Source: Cenococcum geophilum
Lineage: Eukaryota
Direction: 5' to 3'
Length of the DNA: 64,000 nucleotides
Assembly (NCBI GenBank): GCA_050273025.1
Contig: CP158635.1
Coordinates: forward strand, 5,952,001-6,016,000
This document shows, piece after piece, positions 37,605 to 51,859 of this stretch. Within the stretch, counting starts at the first letter, position 1. The number at the start of each line of letters is the position of its first letter. The notes under the pieces are model-generated. The model had not been told where the DNA came from, did not search any database, and worked only from the letters and a program-made list of their open reading frames with translations. A program made the translations under genes and the position numbers.

Positions 37605-39330
37605 TCATCTGGTTCGGAAATATTCGTATGGTTTCTCGTCCAGCACACCACTTCTTCGTACACTGTTTAGCTGTTCAACTGACCCATCCCACTTCATTCC
37701 CCGAATATAACAATATCCGACCAGGATGAAATGGCCATCTCGTTGCCTTAATATATATGGAGCAACAGCTCCGATGAAGGCGCGGAGAATGTCGTCAGTT
37801 CTAGCTTCGGGGAGAGCTAGCCCCATGTGGCCTTCTAACGTCACAAGAAACCTCCGCTGATAGCATGCTTTGCAGACCGCGTGGTAGCATTCCATCTTAA
37901 GGGCGTTTGGGCCGGGGCGAGTCGGGTGGGTGGCTTGATTGCCCTAAGAGGTTCCCCACCTAGTAGGACGCAATTGAAAACATATTCTACTAAGCCTTCC
38001 GTCCCTAACCCAAAGCTCCACCATTCGCGTGCAATGCTACGCCACTCTACGAAGACCTTAGAGTCCCAATGCCGGGGGCCGACGTTACACAGATGTTCCA
38101 TGTCAGCAATAGTACCAATTCTGAACCCGCACACAACCATAGCCCCGCTTTTTGTGAGTTCCTTGGCTCTGGAAAGTGAAGTTCGGCTTCCGTGAGGTTC
38201 CATATATTTGCATCCGGAAAGACTATATCGAGTTCTCTTGTTTCGCATATAGGCCAGCCAGGGGCCCAAGTGGGCAACCCAATCAACCCAGAACGCCCTT
38301 GAACGGCTTTAAGAACGTTCAAGCCAACTCCCAGGATTAAAAACGCAGCAACATTAGCAAATACCTCAACTGTCGACTTGCTGTAATCCACGAGTTTAGG
38401 AAGATCATACTGAGGTACCGAAATGGAAGTTGACAGAGAGATCAGAGGTAGGAGAGCAAAAACTTTGTCTTTGGGATCTGAAGAATCATAATGTCGAGCA
38501 GAGCAAAGGGTGTGAAATAGATGCCCAGCATCAGTTCCAATTAGTTCCTGAGGGATGTGTCAGCCAGCATAAAAGCTGCTCATGTGAAGAACGGATGGTA
38601 TTTTTCAACCGGTTCTTAAACGAATTCGGAACGAATGGCCTTGGAAAATGTCCTCCAACTTATGGCTTGTGGGCCATGGAACACGATAGCAGATGAAGAT
38701 GAGGCGGCCTCTTGCGGAACCCATAGTCTACCGAACCACGGCCGCTTCAGAAAACTGTGTAAGCCTTAACTTCAAGTAAGGTAGGAGGAATAAAAGAGGT
38801 ATTGAGTTTGCTAAATCGGTTATTGCAAACTTCATCCATTTTCGCTCTATTCTTGATGTAATCCATCGCCATCCTGCTGTTCCTATCCTCTTCACCTACA
38901 TATATGATAACCTGTGTAGCTAATTTATGAATGCGTGACATCAGACTAATTTGAGCGCTGCGCTCCATAACCGCCTTGATCGATGCAAATCACATCTACC
39001 CAGGAAATTCTTGGTCCTAATTTGTAACGTAGTGCCCTTAAAGCAGCTGCACAGTTCGCAGTAATAGATACCCTTTCTCCTGTGGGAAGCAGTGCGATCT
39101 CCTGGCTTCGCTCAGTGCCCCACGTTTAAGAGAGCGTTTCGTTTAGCCGTGCTTTGGTCATGTCGCAACCGGGACAATCCGGTGCGAATCCTGTTATATG
39201 ACCCCATGGGCAAAGAGCTAATTCGGTGTGAATGAGAGCCCCTTGTAGTTCATCGGTATGGTTTCCAGGCTGAAGGACCAACAAGCGGATCTCGTTGCTG
39301 AATAACGATACATGTTTTCGCGCAAGATTG
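37605..39330 (-). pseudogene. HET-domain (HET-6-like heterokaryon incompatibility) pseudogene
   Basis: Motifs EIRLLVLQPG, TLS*TWG (stop at 39126-39128), NCAAALRALR..WVDVICIDQ, ERSAQISLM, RPWFGRLWVPQE, DPKDKVF, DYSKS, LPTW and GHMGL..ILR..LVGYCYIRGM, spread over several frames. Confidence 0.88.
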
Positions 39331-39900
39331 TCGCTTTCAACTAGGTAAATGACAACAAGCAGTAAATAGCAGTGCCTTATATCGGAGGGTAGATATATTT
39401 GTTACCATATTTGTTAGGCTCCAATGGAAGGCTGGAAAGAAGTCGTTGAGAATTGGTCACGTGGAGGCCTCCCTTTACGGATAGTTTATCCTTTAGCCCC
39501 CATCTCTTGGTACTGTTGAGAATTATGCCTCGCAGGATCAAAGCCAAGAACTTATCGTTTACTATCTTACATGAGCCCACATTTGCTACTCTCTAACTGG
39601 TACTCCAGCTCTTTCAGCTCTTTTACGTAGGATGATACCCATGTTCTTTTCCAGGATATTGGAGGCGCTGTTATGTAGTATTAACAGCGGGTCAGCAACA
39701 CAGCCTTGTAAGGCTTTTCGCGTGGCACCGCCTCTAATTCCTTCGAGGTACCAGTGGAAACCTTTAAATATTAGATCCTACATGAACTCATACATTCTCT
39801 TAAAAATCTGAATCTTAATTATAAGATAAAATTCCCTCGAGTCCGTTTGCCCCGTTCTTGCACTCAATTTCTTTCCAAATTTCCGACATCGGAAGTACGC

Positions 39901-40620
39901 TCAATCTTCATCCAAGATGACTTCGCCAATCTTCAACTTTAAAATCATTAGCAAAAGCCCTGCACATATCCTTAGGGCTCTTACCATCTTTACATTTCCT
40001 CCCGCGTTCATTATGCTCCTAATCCATGGCATCACCTCTTCCCGCTTCAATCCGGCTATGGGACTACTCCCACTCTCCGCGTCATCAGCGTTCGGGGCTG
40101 CCATTCTCTGCAATGAAAAAGAGTGCGACTGCGAACCATTCAGTCTTATACGTTCCCCAATCCTCTGCATTATGGACCTAATTCTGGGAGTTGGACTTTT
40201 AGTGGCTCTGATCGCAACGTGGGTCACTCTTCCGTACCATTGGAACGGGAGTTCGGTCATGCTTGGGACGTACGGAACGAACTTTCTCCTTATTAATTTG
40301 TAAGTCTTGATTTTGTGGTCTAATGTGACTCGAGTGCAATACGCTCTTGCTGACAAGATTTATCATCTAGTCTCGTCCATGCATATTTTGTTATCCAGCA
40401 GCTTTACGAGTTACTGCCTAACATCGCCAATCGCACCACCCCATGTCCACAGTGTAACTATTCTCCACTTACACCCAATGCTGGACGCAGGCATGCGAAG
40501 GGTTATGCTCCCCTGGTAAACAACGAAGAGCAAGAAGGCTGCCGTGACTGCAAAACTGTGGGTGAAGTTGCTGAGCAACCTGAAGGGCCTAGGGATGCGT
40601 CCAAGGCCGGCGATGCGCTA
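39901..40620 (-). pseudogene. Hypothetical gene or gene remnant
   Basis: 151-codon ORF lacking a clear ATG, with an intron-like GTAAGA..GCTAAT..AG near its 3' end and a hydrophobic upstream segment separated by a stop. Confidence 0.3.
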
Positions 40621-41900
40621 GATTTGGTGTAGAAAGTCATAAGGGGCAGGAGTTATGGTTGTCCAGAGCCTGCATCGGAGTGGTGAAAGGCATTGCGTTC
40701 GGGGGCTCTTTTAAGATACTGAAGGTATGGGTTACTCTCATTTATCAGCGTTGCAAAGACCCAGAATTATCTTAGTGTACAATCCACTGTAGACGGTCAG
40801 TATTTGATATTATTTGCGCGGAGACCAATAGAATGGCAATTGGTCAGGGAGATAATCAATGAAAGCATGCTGGATAGGGAGATAGTAGTTTTCGCGTTCA
40901 GGGCGACGGCCATTCTTAGGCTCAAGGTCGACTCTATTTTACAAGAGAATCTGTTTTAGACATGGTCACTCCTTGTAATTACCAAAAGGATAGGTCCTGC
41001 AGCATCGTGATCTCGAACGCAGGAACCGCTCAGCAGCTTTAAGTACCAAGAATTCAAGCCGCAGCCCTATAAAAACCTCCTGCTTTAGACAGGAGATTTT
41101 CCGAACCAAAGGTTGACCCATCTCATGGACTTGTTGACTCTGAGGTTCGGTGGTATCTTCCTAAAGTACAAGAGAAAGCAAGTTTGACCGCGTTTGCTAC
41201 TCATACGTCATGTCTCTCGTCACCAATACATTCGCATTGTGTTGACCGTAAAAATTAGATCAGGACAGGAGGACTCATGTGTAGACTGATCTATGAAGAA
41301 AAGAGACTATGTATATACATGAGATGGGTGGCGAAACTGTCGAACGGCGTGCTAATTGCGATCGTCGTCCTGTTTCCTATGTGGGTACAGATTAGGGGTG
41401 TCTTGGCTATTTCACTTGACTGTATATATTAAGCCTCAACAACCTACATTAATTCGACAGAGTTCTCCTTCTTGACCTGTCCGTTCGACAGAAACGCTGA
41501 CGACGATGATTCGTAATTGCTACTGGGACCACATTGCCACCTCAGTCGACAAATTGTGGAACATGAACTTTGCTTCTGAAAAGTCGCCCGTCGCCCGCTA
41601 CCGTTGGAATATGCAAGCGCTTCTAAGAGCGCGATCACTTTTCTGTGGGCTCAGCCATCAGTCTCTTTTATTCTGTCGACCAGGATCAGACCCGCGTACT
41701 TTGTCCCTGATGCCTACCGCCCTATGACTCACCACCCTGCTACCTACCACCCCCCGTTCTGGTTGTGTAACGCCCTGTTTCAATTACATACCCCCCCTTC
41801 CCCCTATTTCCTATACCTTCCTCATGTATATATAGAGGCCATAGAGCCACATTTAATAGACAGAGTCCTCATCCTTTATTGTCCGATCGACATATTCATC

Positions 41901-42601
41901 TTACAGCATTCCTCTCACCTCTCCCACACTACCTCCCATACCCACTATCATGCTCATCTCGCCGGGATAATACAGTCTCTTCCTAGACCTCTCCGGCCTC
42001 ATAGGCCTGTCAAGCCTTTCTAGCCTTCCTGACCGGAATGGCCTCTCTCTTGTTGGTGGTCGCTCTCTGGTCGGCGGTCTCTCCCTGGTTGGGGGCCTCT
42101 CCCTCGTTGGTGGTCTCTCCCTAGTCACCGTTATTTCCCCAGTTACCGGCCGCTCTCTAGTCACCGGCCTATCGCCAGTCTGCAGAATATCCGGCCTAGG
42201 CGGCCTCGGAGGCTGCATCAGCAGACTCTCCAGCGTCTTCTCGATCGTCTTCCCGATATCGCCGTCGTACGTCCGATACCAGGCCTAGCCCGGCTGCACG
42301 ATCTCGCGCACCGCGGATGTGCGTCCGCTGCTATAGCATGAACACGCCAAGCGCTATCAAGCAGATGATGCTGACGGCACCCACTGCGATCTCGGCGATC
42401 TCGGCCGGCGGCAGGCCCGCCCGCAGCGTGCTGTCGATTACGTCTGATGCGCGGCTGGGGGAAGCGGAGGGTGTGGGAGGGGGTTAGAGGGGAGGGACGC
42501 CGGCGAAGTCACATCCGGATTGGGGGATGACCGCATTTGCGGTGGTGCATTGGAGCGCGTGGATGAGGAATAATTGGGTAAGGGGAAAAGGTGAGTTGCA
42601 T
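41901..42601 (-). pseudogene. Disrupted single-pass membrane protein with signal peptide and (RERPPT)n tail
   Basis: MQLTF/PLTQLFLIHALQCTTANAV (signal-like), Pro/Ser linker, TM 'GLPPAEIAEIAVGAVSIICLIALGVFML', then an 18-bp repeat encoding RERPPT. Contains three in-frame stops and frameshifts. Confidence 0.6.
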
Positions 42602-45600
42602 GTTGAAATCCAGATTGAGGTGCGGGCAAGGAGGATGAGAATTGCTGTTAAGAGAAAGATTGCTGGGGTTGCGTATGTTGAAGAGTTGGAGATGTCGTCG
42701 TGATTTATTTGGTTAGATGTGCATGCGTGGTGACGAAGTTTGGCGGTAAACACCGGAAAGGGTTAGTATGCTATGAGGGAATGCTCGTTCGTATAATATT
42801 GGATATCGCTTACAGTGGAGATATCATAGTTGATGGCGTAGATGGCTGGAACATTTAGAGCGGAGGAGAACAAAGCACCAACGGTGAGCGCAAACACGGG
42901 ATTTGCAAACAAAAGTATCGCACGATGGTTGTGAATGGCTTCAAATGCTAAACACAACGAGGGAATAACAGTAGAGAAGATATGCAGGATTACAAAGCCG
43001 CTTCGCGTCGTAGAGAAGAGAAAAAGAATGTTGCAAGAATTTGGAAGATGGAGGGAAGTTAGAAGAAGGCGCACAAGAGCAGCGCGACATTGCGAGGTGC
43101 ATCATGAATCGTGATTGAAGTATCGACGATGGGTTGATCTAGCGTCTCAAGAGGCTTCGTCAAATATATCCGTTTACGAAAGTCTGAGTAGTTTTGGCTG
43201 ATGGATGATTCGTTCTATGCATGGAATGTCGCAGGTTTTATTGCAATCTCCGCATTCGGCTAAGAATCCGAATGCGGGGAGCATCCACGATCGTTTAGGC
43301 GAGCGAGATAGCCGTCCACCAATCTGCTGCCCTGCAGGTCCTGTCCGGCGCAAAACTTGGCGATGGATTGAGCAAGACAGACTCACTCTCCAATTTTCGG
43401 GCCGACCTGGGCTCTTTTGGGAATGCCAGACAAAGGCTAATCATATTCTCGCCATGACCGACTCCCTCCAATCTTCTCACCGAGGAGCTCTATGCTACAA
43501 AAGAGCCCGGACTTGGAGCGCTTTAACGGCTGTGAACACAGCCACGCAAGCGGACGTCATGCTAGCTCACAGGCGTTGTATTGCCACAACAAAGGCCTCT
43601 CAGGTAACGCGTTGTTTGGATTCTGGTGTTCTGCACGGACCACTTACTCCATGGACGCCAGCGGGTTAAGGGATAGGGAAATTGAAGCACGTGAATCATA
43701 TCCGGAGATTTCTCTTGTTGCACATATTTCCAACTGATATCGGGTATATCCTGCAGCGTGGGTCCCATGGCGTAATGATACTATTTCCATCTCACCCCTT
43801 CTAGGATTGGGTTGGTATTGAGTAGCAGCTGAAATTGCTGTCAGTTTGTTTCATCAACAGACACTTGTTCATTTGTAAAATTATGGGGCAGGGTTGATGT
43901 GTATAAGCGGATGATAAAAATTGGATAATGAGAATTCCGTGTGGGTACTCGCGAAATCCCGAAAAGTTGGCCGTTCAGCATGAGGGAAAACTGTCGGGAA
44001 CACGTAATAACACTTCCGAGCTCTTCGTTGAAGTCTTCAGGTTTTTTGTTCCTTTAGGTGATGTGCTGCCATAGCCCTGAACTTTTGCGAAAGTTCGGTC
44101 GGACTGAGGGTGTAGCTTACGTGTGGGAAATCGTGTTTTGCTAAGATATTGGCAGCTTTCTTCTTCTCTGGATACTTCTCCCATTCAATATAACCACCCC
44201 AGCCTGGCCTCTCTTCTCAAAACAAGGTATTTCACCTTATTGCTTGAATGGCAACGCATGAGATTCTGCTGGAGACATGCTATGTTCACCGCTGGAAATT
44301 TAATGCTAAAACCCCGTGGACGGGAGGTGATGATAAACCTTGACTGCGATAGTCAATGCCCTCGAGTCCACAGGGTATAGTCGCAGTTGCACAACCGGAA
44401 AGCTGGAGGGAAGGGCAACACATCCGGATCCATGCTCAATACGTCGTCGTTAGCATCTGTTGGTTGCTTGCTGAGGCTCGGTAACGGCCGCTGGGATTGC
44501 ATGGCCTGCCGAGGCCTGCAAAACCCTACTGGTGAGAATGGATAGCTCCATACGGAATAGCTGCAAGGTCGTTGCTAGCATTTGCTAGCGTTAGTGTTTG
44601 CAAATGACGAATTAGGCAGGACATCGCAAAGAGAACAGAATTCAGACAAAGCGCGATTTAATGAGATTGTCATGACAAAGGTATCCCTTGTCCTGGTGAA
44701 ATTCGTCCTACGATTATCGATAAGATCCAGCCAATAGAATCAATAGGATCAAGGCTCCGTGATCGAATCTATGTGGTTGTAGAAGCTGTCGATTTAATAT
44801 ACAATTGCTATATACATTCAATCTTTAGAGTTAAGTCGCTTAATATGAATATTAAATCGGTAGAATAAAGTCTATATCATTAAAAGTACAATTGGAAGGC
44901 ATGGCTGATTGATGTATATTAATTGAATTTATGAAGGTAATACGCGTACATGGTGTTTTGGTGTTCTGCGCACGGTCTAACTTTCGTAGGACATCACCAG
45001 GATAAGGGATGATGAAATTGACAAATGGTGGCGGACTGAGGGATTATGCGAAGGAGAGAACTGCTGCCGAATGGGTTTTTTCTCTAAACCAACCTCAAGG
45101 TACAGCAACATTTTGGCAGGTTTATCACGCGAGATTGGGAGTGCGTGAGGTGGCTCAGGCATCAACTCGAAGCAAGCCGCATGCTGATCCGCAAAGGGAG
45201 AGAAAATGTGTGTGTGTGTGTGTGCGCAACTAGTTCATCTGCGGATTTGTAGCCCTTTCCTGACATGTGCGAGACGAAATAAAACAGTGGGGACTGGAGC
45301 TTCCGCGCTTCCGAAGAGGCTAGCTGTATGCATTCCTGACACGAATTTTAGTAATTAACAGCACGTGACTGTCATTGGATACCTTGGAAACTTCTCGGGG
45401 TTCCCGCCCCTCCGCTTCATGCGCTGACCACCACCATTCATTCTCTCCACTCCCACAAGCTTATCAACCTCCATCTCCTTAGCTGCAGCCAGGATAAGTA
45501 CTTGCAGATATGGGCTTGACACTCCCCGACGGCCCGGATAACGAATCTGAGCCACCATCTTGACACGCTCCTGGCGTCCTATATATCGCCTTAGATCTTT

Positions 45601-46635
45601 AGTAGTTTGAGTATAAGTCTGAGGCATAAGTTGGAAAATCTCCTTAAACTGTGGATATGGTCGATCGTCCCCTACTTTTGATTTAGAAGTCGCAGGGCTA
45701 TTTCATCACCGCTTGGCATACCTTGATGCTCAAGCTCCCCACAAACAGTCTATTTCCTGTCAAGCGCTTTTCATCTGTTACTCTTATTGAACTTGCAGCA
45801 AAGCTCGGCGTGAGAGCATACCTATGACCAACAGGCAATTGCTCATCCGTACGCCAAGTTTTTACGTGCTGCCGGAGTCTTTCTTGCATTAATCCTTCGT
45901 CTCGGAAGACCCACATCCAGATCTGGCCGGCGAGGTAAAGTTCCCCAGCTCCGAACTGTTTCCTAGGCTCGAATCTCTCGTCCCCGGGTTGCCTTCCTCT
46001 TTGGTGCTCCGCAGATTAGCCGATGCATGCATGAGTGGCACAGCACTGTAAACGTGGCCATGTACCCGGAAACTAGCCTTGGGCCTGCAGCATTAACTAG
46101 GTTGTCTCCATGACTTCGGAGGAATGACAGAAAGCGATCCATTCAGAACTTGATGGATCCTCCCGCAGTGCTAACGTTCTGCATCCACATATGCACGCAT
46201 GGCCTGTCCTCCAATACGCAACCAAATGGCCAAGCGGCATGCAACTGTCGAGTCGGGAACTCCACCGCAGTCAGCGAGCCTACTTAAAACGAATCTGATG
46301 CCGGTGTGCGTTCACCGGCCACGTTCTCTATCACCAGATATCTGCGCGGCATGAAAGCCGGATGCCGCTATTGGCCTTCTAAAGCTGAATGAGAGCGGCA
46401 CGGTATAGGAACGGGACGATCTGATAAAGTGTGGCCCTTGAAGTCAGCTTCCAGGCGCCCATGGTGCGAAATAGACTCTCGGGAAAGGGGGTATACGAAT
46501 CCTGAGTGATGAGAGCCTTGCGCCTCCCCCGCAACGGGGATTAGTGGCCCAGGTATATAGTCCCCACTATTATCTGAGCATTCGCAGCTCTGGCACAGAT
46601 ATTGAGCGTTCTTTGATCAATTCGACTCGAAACAA

Positions 46636-48757
46636 ATGGCTCCGTTCAACAGACAGACCGAGTTGATGGATAAAGCAAGGCGTGGTGCTACCTTTGACAC
46701 TTATCAGCTTACATGTTTGATACATGGAGGGTAAGGGCACCAGCTCCTTGGACTGCATAACCAATACCCGGGACCGTGGTTTACCATGAAGCAGGGCAGA
46801 CACCGTCGAGAGGCGTAGAGCTGCATTTCACCGAGTTGAAACAGTTGCCAACACCTTACACCAATCACAACTCCCCCGTTCGTATGCGAATATGGACCGT
46901 GAAGAAGCTTATGACGAAGGATTAGAATGGGGCAAGGCTGCTTTTGAGGATGGAATCAGCTACAACCATGACTTCTTCGATAACATCACGCCGCGATACG
47001 TTTTGAGTAACGCTAGCCCGTTTGGCCTCACTACCGTCATGTTTATACCCACAATAGAGCTTCAGGCAACTGCCGAACAGAAAGCGTATTGGTTGCCTCT
47101 TGCAAGAGCAGGGAAGGTCAATGGAGCTTATTGTCAAACGGAATTAGGCCATGGCACGTTCGTTCGTGGTATCGAAACTACTGCCACCTTAGACTTTAAG
47201 ACGGACGAGTTTATCATACACTCCCCAACACTATCATCCACGAAGTTCTGGCCAGGGGCAATCGGGTTCTCCTGCACTCATTCCATAGTTCTAGCTCGAC
47301 TTATTATTGGCGATAAGGACTATGGACCACATCTATTCATGGTACAGTTTCGATCCCTTGAAGATGGTACTCCAATGCCAGGTATTGAGCTAGGCGACTT
47401 GGGTCTGAAAATGTCTTACAATGGCACCTGCAACGGCTTTGCAACGTTTAATCAAGTCCGCATACCGCGCACCGATATGCTGATGGGCAATGCTACTGTG
47501 TCTCAGGAGGGCACTTACACAAAATCCGCGCACGCAAAGCTCTCATACGCCACCTTGGTATACGTACGAACCGTTATCATTCATGCTGTAGCTTTCCAAC
47601 TGGCTCAGGCAGTAACAATCGCCACAAGATACTCCACAGTACGGGAACAAGGACTGGGCCCGAACGGGATGGCCTCAGCTGAGACCGCCCTCATGGCTTA
47701 TAAGTCTCAGCATTATCGGATCTTAACTAATATCTCCAAGGCATATGCCATCCTTTTTGCTTCGTGGACATGCGACGCTGAATATCAGGAACTCAGACGG
47801 CAGCAGACCAATGGCAACCATAGCATCCTGCCATTCAACCATAATCTCGCTGCTGGACTCAAGGCGTGGTCGACACAAACTGCTGCTGATGGCGCAGAAG
47901 ATTCTCGAAAGTGTTGTGGTGGACAGGGCTATCTCATGACATCCGGGTTGCCGGAGATAGTAGCTTCAGTGACAGCAACAGCAACCTTCGAGGGTGAAAA
48001 CTATGTCCTCTGGCAACAAGTCGGGCGCTATCTCTTCAAGTGTATTGACACTCTTAAGACTGGCAAACGGATCGATCCGCAAATGTCCTACCTGTCGGAT
48101 GGCTATGACCATTTCTTTTGCGTTGACAAAGCTGTTAGAATCACAGCTGGCCCCTGCGATGCTAGGCGTACCCGATTCCTCGATCCAGCTGTCCAGCTGT
48201 CCATATTCCGGCACAGAGCTCTCCGCCTCATCTTCACCAGCTACAATGACCTCCGCTCTTCAACCCTTCCTCCCGCTGATGCCTGGAACCAGCACATGAT
48301 GAGCATTATCTCCGCAGCTCGTGCACATATTGAATACCTTGTTCTCTCATTCTTCATCTCACATACTCATACACTCCCTTATACACCGCACCAACGCGTG
48401 CTCACGAGACTCTGCTCGTTATTTGCCCTGACAACCATCACGAACCCTGCATCCATCAATGCAATCTCCTTTGTCGAAGATGGCCACCTCTCTCTGATAC
48501 AGCTCCGCGATATCAAGGATTGTGTCAATGACCTACTTGCCGAGCTTGTCCCCGATGCCGTCGCGTTGACCGATGCGTGGGATTTTACCGATGCGAGCCT
48601 GTGCAGCGCGCTCGGCATGCGGGACGGGAATGTGTATGAGACGCTAATGAGCTGGACGAGGCAGATTCCGATCAATGTGCACGCGAATCAGAAGAGGGGT
48701 GTTTACGAGAAGGGTTGGAAGGAGTGGGTCGAGCCGGTGCTGAGGGCGAAACTGTAA
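46636..48757 (+). CDS. POX1: Peroxisomal acyl-CoA oxidase; exons 46636-46730, 46795-48757
   Basis: Motifs GAYCQTELGHGTFVRGIETTAT, KFWPG, RYSTVREQ, RKCCGGQGY, TFEGEN, DAVALTDAWDF and LGMRDGNVYE. C-terminal PTS1 'AKL'. Intron GTAAGG..CAG keeps the frame. The symbol denotes the family, not proven orthology. Confidence 0.95.
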
Positions 48758-50252
48758 GTAGAGGGGTAGAGATGAGGGGATTTCAGCTACGATCTGCGAG
48801 AAGAGGACGCTAGGAGATAGTGTGGAAGATTAGTGTTGACCACATGTCAAGAGCATAGTTTGGATACGACAATGAACATTGTTGTGCAGAAGCGATGAAA
48901 GTAATGATGTGACGAGACACATCATGATCAAAGCCTGTGCTTATTTTCCTGCACTCTCGAGTCATTCAGCTGCAACCCATCCGAGAAAACTTTCCGTCTC
49001 CGCACTTGCGCACGTTGTTGTAAGCGGCTAGCCCAATGGCAATGCATAAGGCAGGTCGGCTGCAGTTGTTTTAGCGATTGGCACGGACACGACATCCGTC
49101 ACCGAATTTGGCGCAGGAACCGTCCTTGCTATCAGAATGGCGAAAACCAATTAGCGTAACTTTTTCGAGCGACTCGCAGCAACTGCTTACATATGCCCCG
49201 TCTGAACGCACCGGTTCTGCTTCGGTCTGGGTCAGATGTCGATGAAAGACACCTTCCTCTTTGCACCTCCCTCAACACCACCTCGGCATATCCCATTCAA
49301 GCAGCGTTGATCACGCGCGGCCGCTTCAATGTACCGTTACCCCGGACGTGGTTTTTCATATCTGTAAGGACGACGTACATTTGTAATAAGACGCGCTAAG
49401 ATGGGATATGTTCTCTTCGTAAACTTGCCCAAAAGTTGCTCCATTGAGAATTGAGTCTTGGCATTGATTTGGGCGTTTAGGCGATTACCTTGTGATATGA
49501 AGTGCTAAGTAGACGGACAGAATGTGACCTGAGATTGTTAATTTAAGATAATACCCCAGCAATTCTGCTTTGAAGACTAGATGAATAACCACTTCGGGGT
49601 CCTCAGCGATGTTTCAAACCCAGGTCTCAATATATTTTCTTCGAGCGTTTTCATAAAAGTACAAAATCCGAAAAGCCCCATCGGTTCAAATATTTCCCGA
49701 TTGTTCATTGGCTCCACCGATTTTTTGAGTGGGTATCTAAATATAGTATCGAACAAGAGGAGAATTGTGTAGGAGAAAGTATGTATAATGTAGACTGAAA
49801 GCTTGGAGCCGCAATATCATTGTAACAGGATTCTAGGAAATCCCATTGTTGAGTAATGGGATGAATCCGACCTCTCCAATCTAAGGTTGATCCTCAGGAT
49901 TAGGATAACCAGAATCGATTCCTCCGAATATTCTCCAAAGCTCCGTAGGAGAGTAGACACATTGGGATGGCAGAAGAACGCTAGTGGGCTTGAAAGACTG
50001 CATTCATTTTCGTGCCGGAAGCTCCGCGGGAAGGAGGCGTGATGTGCACAAGCGAATATCGATCCGCAGTGAGGTAAATAAGTAGCCACCCCTCGTTTTG
50101 TGCGTTTGGCGTATAGACATTTGTCGATAACGCTACTTCTTCGTTTGGAGGAATTGCTTTGAAAGGGTCGAACTAGTATCAAATTTTCTTGAGTAGATGT
50201 TGGTCCGATCGTTCTTCTCGCATGCGGGTGGGTGATGGAGAGCTGTTTTTAT

Positions 50253-51859
50253 TCACTGGTTGAAATTCCAGTTTGGTTCCGAACATGGCTCCCAGCTGTC
50301 CGTGAGATTCTTTATCCTATCCATAATCCATCCAGACCTATACCCTAAGGTGTCGCCATGTGCGCGTCGTCCTAGCCGAATGACTTTCCCCAAGGAACAC
50401 TCGGAGGGTTTGTATCTGTACTGCACGCAATCACTGTATTGCTCGCAAGTATATTTGCAGCTCTCAAAAGATGCCGTTGAATCCTTATCAAGATCCGAGA
50501 GCTTGTACCAGTCCGCGCCTTCAGTAAGGGAATCGTCATTAGCGGGTTTGGTCATTATTTGATCCTGGGAGAGGTTGTCCCAGTTTTCACGGTCAGGAGA
50601 GAGTCGTGGAACTACAAATTCCTCAAAAGCGTTCTTAATCAGATAAGGAGTGTCCCAACCCTAATGTAAAAGTGAATGGTTATTCCTCTCATAATTTCGT
50701 ATAGCTAAGAAACAATCGCAGTTGACTGGACTGTACTCACATTCCGCTTGACCCATGCTTGTTGAAAGTTCCACAGAATGTCAATCTCGTTTGGGCTCAT
50801 ATGGTGCCAGCTAACGACCGGCACACACCAATGCCTCTTCGTCCAGTCAAGTGATGCCGGTGTCTCTCCTTGCAGAAGCGGGAATGCAGAGTAGAACTCT
50901 ACATGAGCATTTTTGAGCCCTAGAGCCAGCGCAACATCACCACAACACTCCCCAGCAGTCATCTTCTCCCACTTTGACACGTACTTCCGTTCATATGCAG
51001 TTGCGTACAACTCTGCAGCAGCTTTTGACAAGAGAAACCCACCTCCTCGTTGAGCAAACCTGATATCGCCAACGTTGCTGGGTGCACCGACGTAATATGG
51101 GATCCTAGAATCCAGACGGTTGACCCACTGCAAGAGGTTTGTCCAGCTTAGGGATGTATCCGCTTCGATAAAAACGAAGAATTTCGCCTGAGGTCGCATC
51201 TTATATGATTTGTATACCATTGGCAAGAACTTCCATTTGTCTAGAGCCTTTGTACCTTCACCTTTTAGATCTGCAAACTGTTGCCATTCTGCTCCATATT
51301 GTTGAATTTTCTTATAGTGTTCAAACTCTTTCTGCTTTTCTCTGGTTTCTGCGGTAACGTTCTCGAGCGCATCGTATATATTTTGCCCGGCGACAACGCC
51401 TTGTAAGTCGGAGAAGATGGCATAATGAGGCGTGCAGCGAAACAGGGTAAGGAGATGCTCAGGGAGCTTTTCGTATATCTCTACGGCGCTCGTTTTTAAC
51501 ACCACCATAACATCCTCGGCACCTTTCGCGTCGAAGCAAGATATCGCAGAAGGCTCAAAGGGAGCGACTGAAATTGGGGAAGGAGAACTTTCTGGGACAT
51601 TGATTTCTTCCGACGCAGATGTCTCTGTAGCACTTTCGGGGTATGTTGTGGCTGCCACGTAGCTGTTGCTGAATGTCGCGGGGATAAAGAAGGGTGCAGG
51701 TGTTGGAGTTGCTGTCTCCTCTCCCTGCCCAGATATTCTCGAGGTTGGAGAGTACTGTGGTAGGCCATAATTCCAGAAAAGCAACCCGAATGACAACGAC
51801 GCGACAACGAAGGATAGACGCGATAGGGTAACCCCGGGGCGCGCGGAGGAGATCCACAT
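50253..51859 (-). CDS. Glycosyltransferase family 31-like (Fringe-like) type II membrane protein; exons 51859-50741, 50660-50253
   Basis: N-terminal TM, Ser/Thr/Pro stem, 'VVLKT', 'LDKWKFLPM', 'FVFIEADT', 'GGGFLLS', 'CCGDVAL', 'WCVPVVSWHHM' and a Cys-rich C-terminus. Intron GTGAGT..TAG (50740-50661). Confidence 0.9.
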
